A stretch of DNA of 64,000 bases from Leptospiraceae bacterium (GTDB lineage: Bacteria; Spirochaetota; Leptospiria; Leptospirales; Leptonemataceae). The DNA is taken from the NCBI GenBank assembly GCA_040217195.1, contig JAVJNR010000004.1:800001-864000 (forward strand). Reading direction: 5' to 3'. Positions 58,396 to 64,000 of this stretch are shown one piece after another. Every line of letters starts with the position of its first letter. The stretch's first letter is position 1. Below the pieces are notes generated by a model. It searched no databases and was not told the DNA's origin. It saw nothing but the letters and a program-made list of their open reading frames with translations. A program made the translations under genes and the position numbers.

Positions 58396-59512
58396 CAATA
58401 CAGGATTCATGATTACAATGGACACCGGATATGCGAAACAGGTCAACCAGCTCTTGGATCTCCGACTCAGTCTTTTTACTGTTGTAATCAAAAACGATAA
58501 TCCTTCTTTCCTTAACCGGATCATCGGCCAATCTACCTGCGATGAGCTCCAGCACCTGCCATCTTTCACAGACATCCACTTTTTCCATGCGAATCCGGGT
58601 GCCGGCAGGCAAATTCTGTCCATCCCACATAAATTCCTCTTCAAGACTGTAATTGTTTGAGCCCGATTTCCTGGAATTCTTTTGAAGCTGGGCCTCGGTA
58701 ATTCCATGCACCAGCGAATGAAAGGAGCCATTAAGAAAGGCCACTCCCCACTGAAAATCCGGCATGGCAATATCCAGCGGAAGAGGATACTCGGAAAGCC
58801 ATTTGCCATCCAGGTATTGTTTGGCCAGATCCGCACGAAAGATGGAATTGGATTCCTCGGGATTACTCAAGTCTCCCATGTTGTAAATCATCACTGCCCC
58901 CCGATCCACAGGAGGTATACCTGTACGCCGGTAATATTTAAGTTGATGTAATCGAATGGTGGCGCTCAATGTAAGATCTGGACTGGAATGCATCGCCTTG
59001 CGAATATTCTCCAGGAGGGCGAAATAGGTTCTTCGAGTGGATGGAGTCCAGTCACAATCGATCTGAATTTCGGGTCCTGTAAAACCGATTTTCTGAATCA
59101 GTTTCCAGATGTTTCTGGCAAGCTCTTCGGTTTCTTTCTCGTTCAGTCCCTTGAGCGCAGATACAGTAATGTAAACTACAGGTATGACCACTGCATCGGT
59201 CTTCACAGTTTTTCTTATTCCTACTGGTCGGGGACCGCTCTTGCCTGCAGTAACATCAAAGTAGCGCACATAAAGTGTATCAACTCCAAAGTTTCTTAGT
59301 TCCTGTTTTCCGGGTAAAGGTGCCCTGACCTGCCAGAAATAGAAAGCTCCCCGGGAAGCTAAAGTCGTCCTGGTAAGATTGAAATCCTTTTTGGATTCTG
59401 CAGTATGAGGACTCAGGCAACGATGGAAGGAGTTTTCCTTTGAACTGGAATTGTGGTTGCATTGCAGAACTAGAATTAACGTTGCCAGAATATAAACCAG
59501 GCCGGACCTCAT
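58382..59512 (-). CDS. Hypothetical lipoprotein with TIM-barrel/GH18-like features
   Basis: VLQC lipobox-like; FYFW, LYVRYFDV, PVVYIT, EIQIDCDWT, LSATIRLHQ, MIYNMG, YPLPLDIA. Confidence 0.78.
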   Translation of the reverse strand: MRSGLVYILATLILVLQCNHNSSSKENSFHRCLSPHTAESKKDFNLTRTTLASRGAFYFWQVRAPLPGKQELRNFGVDTLYVRYFDVTAGKSGPRPVGIRKTVKTDAVVIPVVYITVSALKGLNEKETEELARNIWKLIQKIGFTGPEIQIDCDWTPSTRRTYFALLENIRKAMHSSPDLTLSATIRLHQLKYYRRTGIPPVDRGAVMIYNMGDLSNPEESNSIFRADLAKQYLDGKWLSEYPLPLDIAMPDFQWGVAFLNGSFHSLVHGITEAQLQKNSRKSGSNNYSLEEEFMWDGQNLPAGTRIRMEKVDVCERWQVLELIAGRLADDPVKERRIIVFDYNSKKTESEIQELVDLFRISGVHCNHESCIDGWK

Positions 59513-59561
59513 AGAAACCAGATGCGATGGAGTAGACTACCAATACAAGCGAAAGGATCAC

Positions 59562-59590
59562 TTGACAAACCGACCGATTAACAGCAATCT
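59562..59590 (+). promoter_or_regulatory. Putative sigma70 promoter of the phosphotransferase gene
   Basis: TTGACA-N17-CAATCT; GGAGG RBS downstream. Confidence 0.45.
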
Positions 59591-59616
59591 CCCGTTGCGT
59601 CTGGAGGCATACAAGA

Positions 59617-60633
59617 ATGACAGTAGAAGAATTGAAGAGTACCCTGGAACCCTGGCTAAAAGAGCAGTTTAAGTCCGCGGTGAAGATATTCGATGTAATT
59701 CCTCTAAGCGGTGGTGCCTGCCAGGAAAACAGCCTACTGGAACTGGAAGTACAGGATGGTCCGCGGAAAGGAAATCACCGTCTGGTTTTAAGATCGGATC
59801 GGGGTAGTTCTCTATTCTCAAGTCTGGATCGCAAGCAGGAGTTCCAGGTAGCACGCGCCGCCTTTGAAGCAGGAACCCTTACACCGGAGCCTTTCTTCTA
59901 CGAGATGAACGAATCCATTCTGGGAAAACCTTTCTCCCTATTGCAATGGATTCCCGGGAAAGCCACCGGAAGATACATTGTAAAAGACAATTCACTCAAG
60001 GAAGTTCGTAAAACATTGCCTGCCAACCTGGCCGAACACCTGGCCCACATCCATTCGGTACGAGCCGGTCATTCAGACCTGACCTTCCTGAATACGCCGG
60101 AAGAAAGTCCGGCCAGGGAAGGATGCAAAGAGATGCGCAAAGAGATCAATCAGCTTCTGGAAGCCCATCCGGCCATGGAACTGGCTCTCAACTGGCTGGA
60201 GAAGAACTCGTACGGAACCGATGAGCTGGTGCTGGTGCACGGCGACTTTCGCACAGGTAATTTCATGGTCAGCCCGGAAGGACTACACGGCATTCTGGAC
60301 TGGGAATTCGCTCATTACGGAGACCGGCATGAAGACATTAGCTGGCTCTGCATGCGAGACTGGAGATTTGGAAAGCTAAACCTGGAAGCTGGAGGAATTT
60401 CGGCCAGAGAGGACTTCTACAAAGCCTACGAAAAATTCTCGGGCGTAAAAGTAGACCCGGAAAAGGTACGCTACTGGGAAGTGATGGGAAACCTTCGCTG
60501 GGCCGGTGGCGCCGCAGCCCAGGCAGAAAGACACTTAAGCGGAAAGACACGTGGCATAGAACTGGCATCCATTGGACGGAGAGTTGCAGAAATGGAGTTT
60601 GAAATGCTTCGCCTTATTGAGAAGGCTGCTTGA
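59617..60633 (+). CDS. APH/choline-kinase-fold phosphotransferase (LvaA / ACAD10-11 kinase-like)
   Basis: LSGGACQE, LVHGDFRTGNFM, ILDWEFAHYGD..EDISWLC..DWRFG, ELASIGRR. Confidence 0.9.
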   Translation: MTVEELKSTLEPWLKEQFKSAVKIFDVIPLSGGACQENSLLELEVQDGPRKGNHRLVLRSDRGSSLFSSLDRKQEFQVARAAFEAGTLTPEPFFYEMNESILGKPFSLLQWIPGKATGRYIVKDNSLKEVRKTLPANLAEHLAHIHSVRAGHSDLTFLNTPEESPAREGCKEMRKEINQLLEAHPAMELALNWLEKNSYGTDELVLVHGDFRTGNFMVSPEGLHGILDWEFAHYGDRHEDISWLCMRDWRFGKLNLEAGGISAREDFYKAYEKFSGVKVDPEKVRYWEVMGNLRWAGGAAAQAERHLSGKTRGIELASIGRRVAEMEFEMLRLIEKAA

Positions 60634-60769
60634 GAGAAACAGACCCAATTAGTGATATTAGTGATAATAGTGTATCCAGGTAGAATGCAGCCAATCCGAT
60701 TCAAAAATCTGGAATGCCCTTACCAGAGAATGCGTTAAAACAGATTGGCCAGAAAAATAAGGAGTAACC

Positions 60770-61168
60770 ATGCAATACAGACCGGAAGCCGCCGATTTAT
60801 GCGATGCCATCGCAGATTACCTTCTAAAAGAAGTGATGCCGGCCGTAAAAGAATCTGATGAGCTAGCCTACAAAGCTCTGGTTAGCTGGAATATGCTGGG
60901 AGTTGTTTCCAGAGAACTTCGCGATGAAGAAGAACTGCTTCGAAATGAGGTGGGACGTCTACATCAAATCCTGGATGAGCCGGGCCTCGAAGAACTGGAA
61001 ACCCTGGCAGATGTAAAAAATCGAATTCGAGAGCTGAATACGAAGCTGGCTGAAAAGATCAAAAACGACGGAATATCAGAACCATCGCATCAGATCTGGG
61101 CCCATGTTCGACAGACTCTGGTGGAGAATTTGAGCATATCCAATCCCAGATTCCAGACAGAATCTTGA
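60770..61168 (+). CDS. Small DUF6285-like protein (LvaB-like partner)
   Basis: MQYRPEAADLCDAIADYL..EVMP...N.LGVV.REL...L.ISNPRF; follows the APH gene; AGGAG RBS. Confidence 0.8.
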   Translation: MQYRPEAADLCDAIADYLLKEVMPAVKESDELAYKALVSWNMLGVVSRELRDEEELLRNEVGRLHQILDEPGLEELETLADVKNRIRELNTKLAEKIKNDGISEPSHQIWAHVRQTLVENLSISNPRFQTES

Positions 61169-61189
61169 AACTCTTTGCCGGGTAGGGGC

Positions 61190-61963
61190 ATGCAGATTCA
61201 TCTAATTCGACATGGTCAGGCCAATGCAGCCGGTCTTAACTACGATAAGCTAACGGATCAGGGCTATGAACAGGCGCGCCTTCTGGGTCGCAGGCTCCAG
61301 CAAAATGGTGTTCAATTCTGCACTTATGCTCGTGGCTCCCTGGTGCGACATGTGCAAACGCTGGAAGGAATTCTTGATGGCATAGCACTGGCCAAATCAT
61401 CCGAAACGCAATCTGAAAAAGAAAAGAATTCCGGGATCGAACCAGCAGGCGAAGATAAAGTTAGTACTGGAACATCAGGTGAAAGTAAGAGTCCACAGAT
61501 AATCGAAGAGGCCGGATTGAATGAAATAGATCTGGACTCCTGGAAATCACTGGCTCAGGATATTGCAAAATCGGATGCAGCCTTTTCCAGTATGCTACAG
61601 CATCTGAAAACAAGCCAGGGATCGGGACGAAGGCGCCGGCTGGCTGCAGTGACCGGAAGAGTTCTGGACTTCTGGATTCGGGGACAGACCCGGGAATTTC
61701 TGGAATTCAGGGAGGCCGTTGTGGATTCAATAAACAGCATTGCTTCTACCAGGCCAGGACCGGCACTGGTAGTTAGCTCTGGCACTCCAATAGCCATCCT
61801 GCTGGCCCGGGCCCTGGGCGAAGATCGACCGGAATCAATCTTCCACTGGCTCAGGCATCTGGCCAACACTTCCTATTCCATTATCGATGTATCCTCCCGC
61901 TGGAAGGCCTTACAAATCAATAGTCTCGATCATTTGCCTATGAATTCTCGATCTCTGATGTAA
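61190..61963 (+). CDS. Histidine phosphatase (phosphoglycerate mutase) family protein
   Basis: LIRHGQA, LT..G.EQA, GSLVRHVQT, LNE, VVSSGTPI; likely start ATG 61190. Confidence 0.87.
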   Translation: MQIHLIRHGQANAAGLNYDKLTDQGYEQARLLGRRLQQNGVQFCTYARGSLVRHVQTLEGILDGIALAKSSETQSEKEKNSGIEPAGEDKVSTGTSGESKSPQIIEEAGLNEIDLDSWKSLAQDIAKSDAAFSSMLQHLKTSQGSGRRRRLAAVTGRVLDFWIRGQTREFLEFREAVVDSINSIASTRPGPALVVSSGTPIAILLARALGEDRPESIFHWLRHLANTSYSIIDVSSRWKALQINSLDHLPMNSRSLM

Positions 61964-62173
61964 TCCCTGGCGTTAATACGATTCTTTTTGTCACCAATCC
62001 TTGTCTTCGAAACAATAGAATTCCAATCGACTTTAGAAGCAACCTGGAAGTAATTCAAGTTGCTTGCATACCTTGGTATCCTTAAGGCGAGCTAGAGACG
62101 TTGGGTGCGTCGAGATCCCCCTGAATGATCTGTATGAATCAGACGAATCTGTAGAGAAACTGCAGTCCCGGGC

Positions 62174-63364
62174 TTAAAGGGTACGACGCAAAGCCAGGTA
62201 GACTCCCACATCTGGAGTGGTAGAGTAAGTCAGAAAGTTTTCTATTAACGCCAATTCCAGGCGATAGGGACCGGCATCCGTGCTAAAGCCAATGCCGAGC
62301 TGATGTCCATCGGCGGACAGTCGACCAAAGTCCTTCACAGGAGAGCTGAAGTAAACGTATTCAAGAAAAAGATCTGTGCCCTCCAGATCGTAACCCAACC
62401 TGGGACGAAAGGCCCATTGCTGGGCCGGTAATTCCAGGATTCTGAATGTTCGATCCTCGAAGGCTGTGTAAGAAAAGCCCATCAACCAGTACATCTCATA
62501 AGGTTCTCTCTCGGAGCGAAGCAAAAAGGAAAGGGATGCCACTCTGCCGGTATTTCCGGCAACCAGGCTGGATGAACCTTCCAGAGAAGCCTGAAGCGAA
62601 ATCACAGCACTTTTTGCAGAGAAGAATCCATCGCCTAGAGCCAGTGGAAACTGGTAGTCCATATAGAAGCGAACGTCCCCTGGCCCGGAACGGTTGCCGG
62701 CCGACAATGAATCCTCCGGAAACCAACGGGGCTCAAAACCTGCCATGTACAGGGTTTCCGGGTCAACAGAAAGCGAAAGGGGCGGATCCAGCGGCGTGCG
62801 AGGATACTTTCTGGGCAAATAGTTATCCTCAAGCAACCGCTCCATTCGCATAAGCAACGGATAGAAAGGACCCAGAGGCTCATAACTAATGTTCATTTGA
62901 TCCCTGGGAAATCGGTCCCTCTGCCCCTGGGTGACTCCTATGGAGGAATGAAATCGTTCAATGGATTCATCCAGTATACCGCCCCCCTGGATCACGTAAG
63001 GGGCCACCACTCCAATTCGGATGCGATCCGAAAGTCCATAGGCCAGACCTGCGTTCAGAGAAACCTCTTCTCCATCCAGAATAAACCGATCCGATTGGAT
63101 GGACCATACATTCATCCAGTTCGCTGCAATTACAATTTGCCAGTCCCCCTGCACCCAGGGTTCATCGCCTCTAGGCAAGTGTGGCAATCGAATGGACTGA
63201 AAGGTAGCCGCGTAAGGAGATTCGATATAGGCAAAGGCGGATCCCGGGACCCAGAAAAGAAGACAGGAAACTGGAAGCAAAAGCATCCGCAGACCCTTCC
63301 GAATCCCCGGGCCAGCTTTCGGCACACTGGCTGAAAATGCGGACTCTGCAGATTGCAGTGACAT
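62174..63364 (-). CDS. DUF3187-like outer-membrane/secreted protein
   Basis: Signal region; LDGE, GGGILDESIERFH, ENF....TPDVG. Confidence 0.7.
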   Translation of the reverse strand: MSLQSAESAFSASVPKAGPGIRKGLRMLLLPVSCLLFWVPGSAFAYIESPYAATFQSIRLPHLPRGDEPWVQGDWQIVIAANWMNVWSIQSDRFILDGEEVSLNAGLAYGLSDRIRIGVVAPYVIQGGGILDESIERFHSSIGVTQGQRDRFPRDQMNISYEPLGPFYPLLMRMERLLEDNYLPRKYPRTPLDPPLSLSVDPETLYMAGFEPRWFPEDSLSAGNRSGPGDVRFYMDYQFPLALGDGFFSAKSAVISLQASLEGSSSLVAGNTGRVASLSFLLRSEREPYEMYWLMGFSYTAFEDRTFRILELPAQQWAFRPRLGYDLEGTDLFLEYVYFSSPVKDFGRLSADGHQLGIGFSTDAGPYRLELALIENFLTYSTTPDVGVYLALRRTL

Positions 63365-63366
63365 GA

Positions 63367-64000
63367 TTATATTTTCATACTGCTAAATTCGTACTCCACA
63401 ACTTTTTTATGTCCGTAGAACAGTCCCAGAATGCCCCACCAGACGCCCAGACCATAGAAGAAATGCACACAGAAGAAAAGAAAGGGCAGTCGAAACATGG
63501 CCAGAGCCGGCCGCGGAGGGCGCATCTTTGCAAATGTCTGGGCGCCGGCAAACATAAGAAGAGAAATGTAGGCAGGCAGACTCAAAGCATAGGAAGTGGC
63601 CCATAGAGTCCAGGGCCAGGCAAGAAGATCCGAGGCAGATCTTAGCTGGATGGGACCGGAAGTGAGCTCGCCAGAGTTTAGCAGGCCTGCAATACATGCA
63701 GGCAGGGCCATTAGAAAGAGACTGAACAATGCAGGAAGAAAGAATACCAGGTTGGCAGCCCTGAAATCTACGGTCATTTGCTTGAAACGGCCGCGGCCAT
63801 AGCCCATTAGCATGCGAATGAACGATTTCAGATTGGGTCTGGGACTGCGATGAACTCGAATCTCAGGATCATACATCAGTCGATAGCCGGCGCTCTGGAT
63901 TCGATTCATGAATTCATTCTCTTCGTTGGGATAGAGATCCTCACGAAATTGACCGAGTTCATCAAGAATAGATTTGCGAATGAAAAGGTTGCATAGAATC
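63367..64000 (-). CDS. Glycosyltransferase family 2, C-terminal part (5' end outside window)
   Basis: Frame stays open to the window edge: ILCNLFIRKSILDELGQFREDLYPNEENEFMNRI...YDPEIRVHR...YGRGR, then TM helices. Confidence 0.85.
   Translation of the reverse strand, partial: ILCNLFIRKSILDELGQFREDLYPNEENEFMNRIQSAGYRLMYDPEIRVHRSPRPNLKSFIRMLMGYGRGRFKQMTVDFRAANLVFFLPALFSLFLMALPACIAGLLNSGELTSGPIQLRSASDLLAWPWTLWATSYALSLPAYISLLMFAGAQTFAKMRPPRPALAMFRLPFLFFCVHFFYGLGVWWGILGLFYGHKKVVEYEFSSMKI

Noticed and set aside
58396..58836. 940-aa version of the ORF 56014..58836
   Set aside because: The N-terminal 147 codons lie in another frame inside the upstream CDS; a signal peptide begins near 58395.

Overview
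A 64-kb, gene-dense bacterial chromosomal window of roughly 50% GC (estimated by eye). Gene content suggests Leptospiraceae/Leptospirales: a TRL-like lipoprotein, a TPR+Mrr-like protein, three long-chain acyl-CoA ligases and many Cys-lipobox proteins. This assignment is inference. The window holds about 50 CDS and one tRNA-Ala(GGC). I found no integrase, transposase, prophage gene, rRNA or CRISPR array. Housekeeping genes include sdhCAB, pyrF, def, trxA, rppH, an XPB-like helicase and dsbD. Lipid metabolism dominates: three FadD paralogs, two alkylglycerol-monooxygenase-like desaturases, a patatin, a thioesterase with a TetR regulator and a PlsC-like acyltransferase. The best candidate for an undescribed system is at 51-62 kb. 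There the three domain types of eukaryotic ACAD10 (Asp-type ACAD, HAD hydrolase, APH kinase) occur as separate genes, with an LvaB-like small partner and a histidine phosphatase, on either side of an AGMO-like gene. That AGMO-like gene shares a palindromic operator-like motif (AAAACTGACAC-N-xxGTCA) with its paralog 31 kb away. Also notable are a partner-switching operon (dead Mrr-TPR protein, GAF-PP2C-kinase fusion, STAS, six-hairpin glycosidase), a trypsin-like pseudo-protease, several repeat or duplicated surface proteins and some unexplained intergenic stem-loops. Family assignments come from motif recognition by eye; no searches were run.
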